64,000 nt of DNA from Lama guanicoe (Eukaryota). The notes under the pieces were generated by a model that searched no databases, had not been told where the DNA came from, and worked only from the letters and a program-made list of their open reading frames with translations. Numbering within the stretch: the stretch's first letter is position 1; every line of letters starts with the position of its first letter. This document shows, piece after piece, positions 12,701 through 25,800 of this stretch. A program made the position numbers and the translations under genes. The stretch lies in assembly GCA_013239625.1 (NCBI GenBank), contig MU054391.1, positions 6,345,824 to 6,409,823 on the forward strand. Reading direction: 5' to 3'.

Positions 12701-15700
12701 TGAACCCCACGTCAGGCTCCCTGACCCAGGATTCGGCAGTGGGAGGAGGTAACCACAGGACATCTGGTTTTGAAGGCCAGTGGGGCTTCACCTCAAGAGC
12801 CGTATAGGACTAGGGGAGACAGAGACTTCATTTGCTTGGGAAGTGTGCACCGGATCTCATGTGCACCATGTCCAAGGACAGAGGCAGTGATTTCGTAGGA
12901 ACCTGGGCCAGACCTGCCTGCTCATTTTGGAAGTTCTCCTGGGGAGACAGGGGACTGCTGCGGCTCACCCAGGGGACATAACAGTTGGTGGAGAACATTC
13001 TGGGAGTGTTTATCTGCATGAGATTTCCTGGAGGCTGACATCTTGGTTGGATCATTATGACCAAGACCCAACCTCACCCAACAGCCTGCAGTGAAGCTTC
13101 AAGCCGAACAACATACTGAGTAGGAACACAGCCTCATCCATCAGCAGACTTCCTGAGCTACAAAAGCCTCTAGACAGGGCCTTACACACCAGAGGTCTGG
13201 CCAAGCTTCACCCACCAATGGGCAGACATCGACCCCTCCTGCGAGGAAACCTACATAAGCCTCTAGTCCAGCCTCATCCACCAGGGGGCAGATACCAGAA
13301 ACAAGAAAATAATAGTCCCAAAGTCTGTGGAAGGAATCCACAAACATAGGCCAGACTCTACACTGGGACCAGCTTGACCCTGGCCCTTGGGTGACGAGAG
13401 ATGAGTGTACTACTGGGACACATAGGACATCTCCCACAGAGGGCCACTTCTCCAAGGTCAAGAAACATAACTAATCTACCTAAAAATACAAATAGAAAGA
13501 CAGACAAGATGTGGCAGAGGAGTATCTTCCAGAACAAGGCACAAGATAAAATCCCAGAAGAAACAAGTGATGAGGAGATAGGCAATTTATCTAAGAAAGT
13601 TTAGAATGATGAGGGTGAAGATGTTTAGAGAACTCAAGAGGAGTATAGATGCACAAAGCAAAGTTTTTAGCAAAGAACTGGAAAATATACAGAATACCCA
13701 GAGTTGAAGAATAAAAATTCTGAAATGAGTAACACTGAAATGAAAGAACCAAGAATAGACTAAATGATGCAGAACAGATTAGTGAGCTAGAAGACAGATT
13801 AGTGGAAATCACTACTGCAGAACAGACAAAAGAAAAAAAAATGAAAAGAAATGAGGATAGTTTAAGAGAACTCTGCGACAATAAGAAGCACACTAATATT
13901 TGCATTATAGGGTTCCCAGAAAGCGAAGAAAGAAAGGACCTGAGAAAATTTTTGAAGAGATACTAACTGAAAACTTTCCCAACTTGGGAAAGGAAACAGT
14001 CACCAAGTCCAGGAAGCTCAGAGTCCGACACAGGATCAACCCAAAGAGGAATACACCAAGGCACATAGTAATCAAACTAACAAAAATTAAGGATAAGGAG
14101 AGAATATTAAAATCAGAAAGACAAAAGCAACAAATAACCTACAAGGGAACTCCCATAAGTTTATCAGCTGATTTTTCAGCAGAAACCCTCAGGCCATAAG
14201 GGAGTAACATGATATATTTAAAGTGCTGAAAGCGAAAAACTTAACAGCTAAGAATACTCTATCCAGCGAAGCTCTCATTCAGACTTGCTGGAGAAATCAA
14301 AAGCTTCACAGATAAACAAAAGCTAAAAGAATTCAGCACCTTCAAACCAGCTTTACAACAAATGTTAAAGGAACTTCTATATTCATCAAAGCACAAGAAA
14401 AGAAAACAAAAAGAAGAGAAAAAAAAAGACCTACAAAAACAAACTCAAAACAATTAACAAAATGGCAGTAAGAACACACCTAGCAATAATTACCTTAAAA
14501 GTAAATGGATTAAATGCTCCAACCAAAAGACATACTGGCTGAATGGATACAAAAAAAAGACCCCTTGCTGTCTACAAGAGATCCACTTCAGAGCTAGAGA
14601 CATACGCAGGTTGAAAAAACGGGGATGGAAAAAGATATTCCATGCAAACGGAAACCAGAAGAAAGCTGGAGTAGCAATACTTGTATAAGGCAAAACAGAT
14701 TTTAAAATAAAGACTGTTAACAAGAGACAAAGAAGGGCACTACATAATGCTTAAGGGATCAATCCAAGAAGAGGATATAACAATTGTAAATATATATACA
14801 CTCAACACAGGAGCACCTCAATATATAAGGCAATTGTTAATAGACGTAAAAGGAGAAATCGACAATAATGCAATAATAGTGGGGGACTTTAACACCCCCA
14901 ACTACATCAATGGACAGATCATCCAGACTGAAAATCAATAAGGAAATACAGCCCCTAAATAAAACACTAGATTAGATGGACCTAATTGATGTCTATGCAG
15001 CATTCCATCTGAAAACAACAGAATACACATCCTTCTCAGGTGTACATGGAACATTCTCCAGAATCGACCATATGCTGGCCCACAAAGCTAGCCTCAGCAA
15101 ATTTAAGAAAACTGAAATCGTACTAAGTATCTTTTCCAACCACAATGCTATAAGGTTAGAAATAAACTACAAGAAAAAAACTAAAAAAAATGCAAACACA
15201 AGGAGGTTAAACAATATGCTACTAAACAACCAATGGATCATGGAAAAAATCAAAGAGGAAATCAAAAAATACTTTGAGAAAATGAAAATGAAAACACAAC
15301 AATCCAAAACCTCTGGGACGCAGCAAAAGCAGTTCTCAGAGGGACGTTTATAGCGATACAATCCTACCTCAGGAAACAAGAAAAATCTCAACTGAACAAC
15401 CTAACCGTACACCTAAAGCAGCTGGACAAAGAAGAACAAACACCCCAGAGTTAGTAGAAGAAAAGAAATCATAAAGATTAGAGCAGAAATAAATGAAATA
15501 GAGACTTAAAAAACCAAGAGAAAAAATCAATGAAACTAAAAGCTGGTTCTTTGAAAAGATAAACAAAATTGATAAAACCTTCAGTCAGACTCATCAAGAA
15601 AAAAAGGGAGAGGGCCCAAATTAATAAAATCAGAAATGAAAAAGGAGAAGTTACAATTGATACCACAGAAATACAAGGGATCGTAAGAGGATACTATGAG

Positions 15701-16856
15701 CAACTATATGCCAACAAAAACAACGATGCAGAAGAAATGGACAATTTCTTAGAAAGGTACAATTTTCCAAGACTAAACCAGGAAGAAATAGACAATATGA
15801 ATAGACCAATTACCAGCACTGAAATTGAATCAGTAATTAAAAACCTCCCAACAAACAAAAGTCCAGGACCAGATGGCTTCACAGGTGAATTCTACCAAAC
15901 ACTTAGAGAAGAGTTAACACCTATCCTTCTGAAACTATTCCAAAAAACTGCAGAGGAAGGAACACTTCCAAACTCATTCTATGAGGTCATCATCACCCTG
16001 ATACCAAAACCAGACAAGGATATCACACACAAAAAATAACAAGCCAATATCACTTAAGAATATAGATGCAAAAATCTTCAAAAAAATACTAGCAAGCTTA
16101 CTCCAACAATGAATTAAAAGGTTTATATACCATGATCAAGTGGGATTTATCCCAAGGATGCAGAGATTTTTCAATATATGCAGATCAATCAATCTGATAC
16201 ACCACATTAACAAACTGAAGAATAAAAACTATATGATAATCTCAATAGATGCAGAAAAAGCTTTTGATAAAATTCAACATCCATTTATGATCAAAAGACA
16301 TATAAATGGCCAACAGGCATATGAAAAATTGCTCAGCATTACTGTCAGAGAAATACAGATCAAAACTACAATATCACCTCACACTAGCCAGAATGGCCAT
16401 CACTGAAAAGTCTATAAATGATAGATGCTAGAGAACGTATGGAGAAAAAGGAACCCTCCTACACTGTTGGTGGGAGTGTAGATTGGTGCAGCCACCGTGG
16501 AGGACAGTATGAAGGTTCCTTAAAAGACTGAAAATAGACTTACCATATGATCCAGCAATCCCACTCCTGGGCATATACCCAGAGAAAAATAAAACTAAAA
16601 AAGACACATGCACCCCAGTGTTCATAGCAGCACTATTTACAATAGCCAAGACATGGAAACAACCCAAATGTCCATCAACAGATGACTGAATAAAGCAGAT
16701 GTGGTACATATATACAATGGAACACTACTCAGCCATAAAAAGAATAATGCCATTTGCAGCAATAATGGATGGACCTGAAGATTGTCATTCTAAGTGAAGT
16801 GGGCTGGAAAGAGAAAGAAAAATGCCATATGCTATCACGTATATGTGGAATCTAAA

Positions 16857-16890
<34 letters not shown>

Positions 16891-19800
16891 GGATACAAAT
16901 GAACTACTTTTTATAACTTAGATGATTGATTTCTTGAATATGTTGTAAGCACATTTAACTGTCCTTTATGATTGGATTACCACATTCTGTTGATTCTTAT
17001 TTTGTGGTTGGCTTTATTCCCTTGATAACTATGTAAGTTTCAAAAGCTAAAGCTCTAATCTGTTCTTAGAAACAATGATCAGTACATATATCTAAACTAA
17101 AAAAAAAGTGCAGTATATTATTGTATATATGTATTTACATGCAATATAATGTATATGTGCAAACTGTAATAATTCCACCTATTAAAACTGAAAAAGGAAA
17201 AAAAAAGAAAGAATTAGCAAATCTGAAGATGGGTCAATCGAGATTATCCAGTCCGAGAAATAAAAAGAAAACTGAACAAAGCCTCAGAGACTCGTGGGAT
17301 GTCATCAAACAGATCAACACACACATAACAGAAGTCCCAAAAGAAGAGATATAAAGGGGACAGAAAGAGTATCTGAAGAAATCATGGCCAAAACTTCTCA
17401 AATTTGGTAAAAACAAAACAAAAGCAAAAACCATTAACCTGCACATCCAAGCAGCTCAATTCCAAGTAGGACAAATTCAAAGAGATCCACACCTCAACAG
17501 AGCAAAATCACATTGTGAAAAGACAAAGACAAATGTATCTGAAAGCAGACTCTCCTATTTTGTTATTTCACCAAAGAAAAGACATACAAAATCATACCAC
17601 TCCTTTTAAATTTATTTGAGGTGCTGGGACGTCAAGAAAGCTTCTGGGAAACCAAAGTAACAATTTACTGAAAACGAAATGCATATATCCACTGGAGTTT
17701 CACTGACTTTGAGCTTGGTGACATTCAGAAATGCAAGCTTAGTAACCACCAAACAGTCCTGATAAATTGAAGAAAGGGGGAAACAGAATGACTCTCAAAT
17801 GAACACTGCAACTTAAGAGAGCAAAACTCGTATTCAAAACCATGAAATGTCTTCATAAATCAAATCTCTTAAAGTTCTCTTAAGTATTCAAAACTGTATT
17901 ATATTTAATCTAAGTAATTCTAATTTGAGTTAGAATGAAAAGCTTTACATTTCTATCTGCTTTTCATGAAAACTACAAATAATGCATTAAACAGCATGAA
18001 AAAGTCCTCAGCTTCCATGTTCCTTCAATTCTTAAGAAAAAGGAAAGAATAACTTAATGTGGCCCCTGTCTTGCTAAGTCCACTGTCAGTTAAATAGGAA
18101 AAATATGTTTCTTTCAAGGTCTCCCCTTTATTCTTTCCTGAAGAGTCTGGCTCTGCACCTCTGCTGCAAATCACCATTTGATGTTTATCACCATGTTGCA
18201 CTTGACATCCCCACACAGTTTCCTCAAGTTCACATCCAGAGTTTGCAGATACAATGACTCTAAGCAATGTTAAAGTCCTCTACTTTCAGCCCTTTTCTCT
18301 CCCAATCCCCTAACTGTGCCAAAAATGTTCAACTTTGATGGCTCTGTCTGCATACATGCACACACACAACAGCCCCATGGGTGCTAAAGGCACCAGGCCA
18401 ATTTTACCATTTGAGAATGTATTTATCTTTTTGATCACACACCTGGTAATGTGCACTCTGCAAGATCTTGTTTTGTCATTTTATTCCTGCCAAAAGGTAC
18501 ACAGCTGGTTTTAGTGTGTTATCCTGGTAACCACATTAGCAGTTTCCTGGTTCTACCCCACTTCCTTACAGGCAAAGGAATTTATTAATAATTTTTCTGC
18601 ATACTCTCATGCTTTCCAATTCTTAATTCTTAAGTCCATGTAAAACTAAGAGTATTTTAGTATTTAAAAATATCTATGGATGAAAACTTGGAAGAAACAA
18701 AGGAAGAGCAAAACATTTTAAAATTAAGGCTAAAACACCTTAACAGTGCTATTCCAGGAGGGTCAGAAAATATTTTGCCACCATTTAGCAGTTAACGTTT
18801 ATCTTCAGGGTGCCACACATAGAACTAGGAAATCCTGAAGAATACATTTTAAGTTCAAGGGAAATAAGATTTCCCATATATTCCCAAAGAAAGTCAAAGC
18901 ATAGCATTATACAGAGCAAGAGGGTAAAAGAACTCAATTTTGACTTATAATTGAATAAAATATAACTAACCATAAAGTACTTAAGTAATTCTCTACAACT
19001 CTAGGTAGAATGTCTATTTCAGAGTTTAAATATGTGTATTTCCCACTGTGAAGATAAGCTGGATTCCCTAGTAAGATATATGACGTGTGTATGTGGGAGG
19101 GGAGGGAAGTAGTGTATATATTCTATCAATCTTCTTCTTAGTGAAGTCTTAGGACAGATTTCCACAAACTTCATGTAAATCTAATTATTTTTAAAAAGAG
19201 AAGTGCTTTCCAAGGAAAATTATACACATAATGAAATCTTTCAACTCAGAATAAAAAGAAAGCTATGCAGTTTGGTGGCAGGAGCGATGAGAGGTAAAAC
19301 ATCACCTGCTGTAACTGAACCAAAACTTTAACTTTGGATTCCACGGCAACCAAGGCAAAAGGAGACATGTAATAAAGTAGAAAGATATCATTTCCTTAAT
19401 AAGGAGAAGTATGCTGATATGTCTGGAAAGAGAAACTCCTTCTTGGAACTAAACCTGAGAAGGATTTCATAGATCTTTCTTTAAGGAGCTCTAACACTGA
19501 ACAATATTTCTTTAAAAGTGGTTTACAAAAGAAACTTTATATAACCGTTAAGCATCAAAGGAACACCACTAGACTGTAACCCATGAAGGCCCAAGTAATT
19601 CGATTCAAGCAAGCAGCTTGATGACCTAACTCCACTCTGAAATAGTTTAGAGCTGTGTTGCCCAACAGAGTAACCACTAGCCACATGTGGCTATTTAAAT
19701 TTAAATTAACTAAGATGGAATAAAACGTAAAATTCAGCTCCTTGGGCACCCAAAGCACATTTCAAGTGCTCAGCAATCACACATGGCTGGTGGCTGCCGT

Positions 19801-22800
19801 GTTGGACAGAGCAGATCTAGACGTTTCCATCAGAGAAAGTTCTATGGAACAGTGTGCTGGTTTAAAAAACTGAAAGAAATGAGTGGTGAATATCCTTTAA
19901 TAGGAAACAAGGTAAATAAATTATGACATATCTGTATGTGCAACTATTAGAAAGAATGAGTTTGCTTTATATTTATCTGATCTGATCAGAGTAATGTAAT
20001 GTTAAGTGACTAAAAAACCCTTTGGAATAGTATGCATCATGAGATCCCAATTCTGCTGAAATACGTTAGTGTATTTGACAGGGGGAGGCCTGGAATGGGA
20101 GAACTGACTTTACTCTGCAAAGAATGTGCACCATCTTGTTAATAATGGTAGTGGGACGTGTGGTTATAAAGGGCTCCTTGTTTCTAAGTTATATATTTTT
20201 ACAGTATTTGATTTTTTTTTAAATAGAGCATTTTTCCTAAAGTAAAACAACATCCTCAAAAGGACAGAAGCACAGATACAGACAGAGATATCAAGTGATA
20301 AATAAGCCCCCTCTAACGCCAAACTAAAACATCAATTGTTACAGATAATCTTGATAGAGGAGCCAGCGCCAGCCTGTAATCCAGGATTGAATCCAGGACT
20401 GAGGCTCTTTGTGAACACCTTGATTGGTATTTATGATACTGAGAAGAGAACTTTAAGAAAGTATAAAAGAACCTTTTTCTCTCCAAAAATTCAAGAATCT
20501 AACTCACTCACAACTTTTGATCCTTTCTGTGGAGGTGAACCAAAAACCAAAAGACCACAACTCCCTCCCAGGAAGCAGCTGAGCATTATCTGAAGCTTCA
20601 GAGTTTAAAATTGCACACATGGGAGAGAAAATTTCAATTTCATTTCAACATCTCCAAAGGTCCTTTTTAGCATCTACTCCATCCTCTGTAGCTTTTATCT
20701 TTGTGAATGGTACCTTCATTCATTCATTCAGTCTCCCATCTCTGTCTCAGTCTCCACTCCCAATGATCGCCAGACCCTAAGGATATCTGTCTCTTCCTTC
20801 ACCGCCCACTGCCACTGCCTTAGATGGAGCCCTCAGGACTTCCCCTGATCAATTACAATCTGTGCCAGCCCCTGCTTCCAAAGCCAGATAGAGATACCAA
20901 GTGGAAGCTAGGTAAATAAATTATGACACTTCTATAAAATGAAAAACTGCACAATTATTAGAAAGAATGAGTTTGCCTACAGGCAGAATAATCTTACATA
21001 CATATCTGATCTCACTCCCCTGAATAAAACCCTTCAAATGCATGCCACTCTGCTTTAAATCAAAAGCAAAAACTTTAACACAGTACAAAAGGATTAGATT
21101 TAAGGCCCTTCTCTCTCCAGTTTTGTTTCTCTTACTCCTCCCTTCCCCTGGAAAACCTAAGTTCCTCCTAGGCACACTGAACAGATCTCAGGCGCCAGTG
21201 TCTTGTTTCAATTCCCTGTGTGCAGAAAGATCTCCCTAATTCCATCATCCACATTTCTACCTCTTCATTGGTTCATTCCTATATGTTCTTCAGAATTCAA
21301 GTATCAGCACTCCCTCTAACCTGCCTGCCTACGGGAAGGTGACTTGCCAATGTGCTGCTGTAAGACCTTGTATGCACAACTATTCATCAACTGTATTGTC
21401 TACTCCCTCACAAAACTATAAGCTCCAAGGCAACAAATAAAAGGTCTTTGATATCCCAGGCCTCAGTGCAGGCATATGAAAGGTGCCTACTAAGTATTTC
21501 TTCAATGAATGACCCAGCTCCCCAAAATACTCAAACTGGAAACTAGTCAACATAGACCATGAAGTCAAGCCCACAAAGACAAAAATCAAAGAGTGGGATT
21601 TCTTCCAGTGACCAATGTAAGAATAAATGACATCTACAAACTAAAACAATGAGATATTATGATATACCCATTAGAATGGCTAAAATCCAAAACACCAACA
21701 GCACCAAAAGCTGACAAGGATATGGAGCAATAGGAATTCTCATTCACTGCAGGTGGGAATACAGCCACGCTGGAATAGTTTGGCAGTTTCTTGCAAAACT
21801 AAACATACATTTGTCAGAGAATGCAGCAATCATACTCCTTACTATTTACCCAATGGAGCTGAAAACCTACATCCACACAAAAACATGCACATGAATGTTT
21901 AGAGCAGCTTTACTGGTAACTGCCAAAACCTGAAGCAACAAGTTCAATAGGTGAACGACAAACAAACTGTGGTACATCCATACACTGGAAGAGTATTCAG
22001 CTATACAAGGAAATAAGCTATCAAGCCACAAAAAGACATGAAAGGATCTTAAAGGCATATTACTAAGTAAAAGAAGTCAATCTGAAAAGGCTAATATGAT
22101 TCCAACTATGCGACATCTGGAAGAGGCAAAGCAATGTAGACAGTAAGAAGATCAGTGGTTGCCAGGAGCTCGGGGAGTGAAACTACCCCGTATGATACAC
22201 AATGGTGGACACATGTCATCATACATTTGTCAAAACCCACAGAATGTGCAACACCAAGGGTGAAACTCAGTAACTCTGGGTGATAATGTGTCAATGTGGG
22301 TTCATCAGTTATAACAAATGGACTCTCTGGTGCAGCATGTTGATGGAGGAGGAGGCTGTGTACATTCCGCGAGCTCATGCACAAGTGTGTATGAGTGGAA
22401 TGTGGAAACTACTTTCCACAAAATATTGCTGTGAAATTTTAAAAACTGCTCTAAAAAAATAAAGTCATACAAGTAAACGACTGATTGACACAACCATGTG
22501 CAGATATGAAAGAAACATAGATAAGCAGATCTAACCTGTCAATACACCTATTATAATTTATGTATTATTTTCAACCATGAATAATGTTCTGTTCTTCAAG
22601 AAGGTAAATATACAACCTAGCCAATGTGAAGAGCAATTATTCATTTCCATCTAACAATTTTCAATAACAAACTTCCAGAGCAATTTAAAGGACTAATAAT
22701 ACAAGTCAAATCACTATCCCCCCCCCCAAAAAAAAGCATGGAGGAAAAGCAGATCATACTGAAGCAAGGAGATTGATAGATGGAGGTTTGTTATATTTCC

Positions 22801-25800
22801 CTCTACTTTGTATTTTTCCATAACAAAAATTTTTTAATGAAGTGTCAATAATATTCATTCCTTCAAATCAGCATGTATTCAGTGAGAGCCCACAAAGTAC
22901 CAGACACTGCTCTAGATACCAGGGACACAGCAAAAAGTAAAACACACAAAATTCCTGATCTTATGGTACTTACAGCTTAGTACCCGTGCATTAGAAGACA
23001 AACTTGCTTGGGATTGGAGAGAACACCGAATACAAGTAAAGAATGTCCAAGTCCTAGAATTTTCTTCTCATTTCCTGTATTAGCTGGACCTTTTAAAAGA
23101 ATGTAGCCCAAATTTCTTGCCTATTTGTATAACTTGCCTTTTATTTTGAAGGCAAACAAAACAAAACACAACAAAAGTCAGTAGGTGATTGGCATATTAA
23201 TCAAAGAAAGTGCGCCATGATTCAGGCAGTCAGGCAAACTCAGAAACTAAAACTAATCCTGGTTGTGAGCACTATATTTTATCACCATCACCTATGTGAC
23301 CACAGCACGAGGACATAGGGATACTAGATTTACTTCCAACTCTATCTTGTTCAAAACAAGGCTGACAAAGAGAACAACTTGGTAAGCGCCAAGATGGAGG
23401 TAACTTCAGAGATGGGAGACAAGATCTTTTGGTCAACGTTTGAGTCAAAACTGACAAACTGACATCTGAATAGGAAGTTGTTATTCACTTTCAAGAAAAT
23501 GGGCATGCCAGATGTTTAACAGTTTAAGTAAAAATAAGTATCATTTGACATACTAATATCATAAAATAAATGTCATACGTGCATTCAATATTTCCATATG
23601 GAAATTATTCATTTTTACCTAGCCAGAACTGAAATTAACTTTTGAAAATGTGACAGGATGCTCAGAAAATTACTTCCTGAGTGTCACACATTAATGCTTT
23701 CTGTGTCTGCTATTCTTGTGACCCAATAAATTGTGATGGGAAATGGAGAGGATTTCCTTTGTTGAGAAAAATGCCACAGATACTATGTTACTGCCTGAAA
23801 GTGTTTAGATTAAAATAGGAAGTCCACATTTCCCCTTTGAAAAGACACAAACAACTTGTTTGTATTAGAACAGAATACTTTATTAGCCACCTGACATTTA
23901 TGGCTTACTTCCCATTTCACAGTTATGAACATGTAACTGAAAAATTACAAATAGATCACAGCACCTTATAAAGCAATTTCATACGTAAGATGAAATTCAG
24001 TTAAAATAGATCTGCTGGGAGCTTGGGTTAGAAAGGAAGCTCACTAAAAGTAACTGTATCTGCTTTTCATCTCTCTTTTTTTTTTTATTAACTAGGGAAA
24101 GGTAATGATAATACATGGAATTTGGAATCTAACTCTTCCACAAATGTGCATGTTTTGCCTGTATGTACCTCACATCTTTTCCTCCATAAAATTAGGTGCA
24201 TTACCTTCTGTAAGATGTCTTATTCCTCCAGATCTTTCTTACGGGCTTGGCTTTATCTTCAAAATGCTTTTCTTGGAGAACAAAATTAAGCATATGTCCC
24301 ATTTGCATAATTATAAATCAAGACATCTAAAAAATATGCATCTTTGAACTCTAAGTTGAACTCAATTTAAAATGAGTCTTATTTTTCATCTAAATTTGTC
24401 TTTTTCTTCCTTTCAGAAGCTCTAAAAGGTCAGTCCTTCACTCCCTCCTATATTTTGATAGCTCTTCCCACACTCAATAATGAAAATTTTCTTCCATACT
24501 CTAATATTCATTTTCCTTACCTCACATGGGGTGAATTCCTTTTATGAATTTTTACTTTCCCTAAATCCTAAAAACATGTCTTCTCTGGATGGTGCGTGAT
24601 AACAATTCCTGAACTCGTTTCTGACCTTTCTCTAGTCCGCAACCTGTGAAATATTTCTCAGTGAGCATTCACCACATTAACATCTCCAAGATCACCTCTT
24701 TGTTGTACCACCTTGTCCTTCCCCACTCCATTCACAAGTGGAATCAGAGCCAACATTCTGTGTAACATTTATTCCTTTGACTTAACAGCTGAATAAACCC
24801 CTCAAATCTCTTTTTCACAGATGCTGCTGCTAAGCACCATCTCACTCATTCTGAACTTGCTAGCTATATTTTTAAAAATCTTTCCCCTTCTTCTACTCTA
24901 TCCATTGCATTTACCATTTCTGAACTGTAATTTCATTGGTTTAACTTCTTACACGGAGACCAGGTTCTAAAGTCAAACAGGTAAGACTAAACAAAGTTTT
25001 TTAAGGGAGGTACTGAGGATTGAACCCAGGACCTCATGCATGCTAGGCATGTACTCTATCACTGAGCTATACCCTCCCTGGAAAGATTTCTATTTAAATG
25101 AGTGTAAACTAAGTGAGCATAATTACAGGATTACATGCAAATCTAATCAGTAGCCACTAAAATATTCCCAACTGCAAAGAAAATGGAACAGAAGTATTAG
25201 CAAGTGAGGCGGGAAGCCCCATAAAAAGACCGGCAGGACCCCTAAGCAGGGCCACTACTCTCGTGCCAGCACCATCTAATTCCCTGGCCCAGAGGCTCTA
25301 TCTCACTTTTTGCCTCTGAAACGGCTTACTTACCCCTAAAATTTTGTTGGTTCCCTGAGCTCACTTTTCATTGGTTATGTCCTTCACTCCTGATTGGTTA
25401 TTACTCTCACTTCTGATTGGTCCACTTTCCTAACTTCTGATTGGTCCATTTATAGTACTTCATTTGCATGGAGCTCATTTCTGATTGGTTATTTCTCTCA
25501 CTCCTGATTGGTCTATTTCTACCAAGTTTGGTCAACTTCTGTTATACTTTATTTGCATATGCTGTTGCAAAGTGTAAAGCTGGCAGCCTATAAAGGCCTG
25601 TGTAAACCTACAGACAGGGTCCAGAGCTTGGAGTGTTAACTCCTCTGGGCCCGTTGGTGTAATAAACCTGAGTTCTCCAACTCTCTAAGTGCTGCTTGGT
25701 CTCTTGCCCAGATCCAGGTTGCTGTCACAATTGAGCTATAACACCGAGCTGTAACACATTTTTCCGCAACACGAGAATGTGTCTGACTGAGACTATAGTT

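Larger units (their letters stand above)
12423..17204 (+). mobile_element. LINE-1, near full-length but decayed and internally deleted (5'UTR, ORF1, ORF2 endonuclease + part of RT, C-terminus, atypical 3' tail); antisense to NOL10
   Basis: 5' end ...GGCAAGATGG; ORF1 fragments ([43 protein letters not shown]); ORF2 fragments ([50 protein letters not shown]); TSD AAGAAAGAAT(C/T)AGCAAAT(T/C)TGA at 12401-12422 and 17205-17226. Confidence 0.95.
11380..17550 (+). mobile_element. Old L1M 5'UTR/ORF1 relic acting as host for the nested insertions (pieces ~11380-11886, 12325-12422, 17205-17550)
   Basis: ORF1-like text resumes across the insertions: AATTCACTAGAGAGGCTCAATAG...GAAGAAAGAATCAGCAAA / GAAGATGGGTCAATCGAGATTATCCAG...GCCTCAGAGAC. 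Confidence 0.75.

Noticed and set aside
15569..16406. Functional reverse transcriptase gene
   Set aside because: Fragmented L1 ORF2 with frameshifts and stops; the catalytic core region is deleted
25365..25515. CRISPR-like spaced repeats
   Set aside because: Eukaryotic LTR U3 tandem units with an ~8-nt core and related spacers; not a repeat-spacer array and no cas genes
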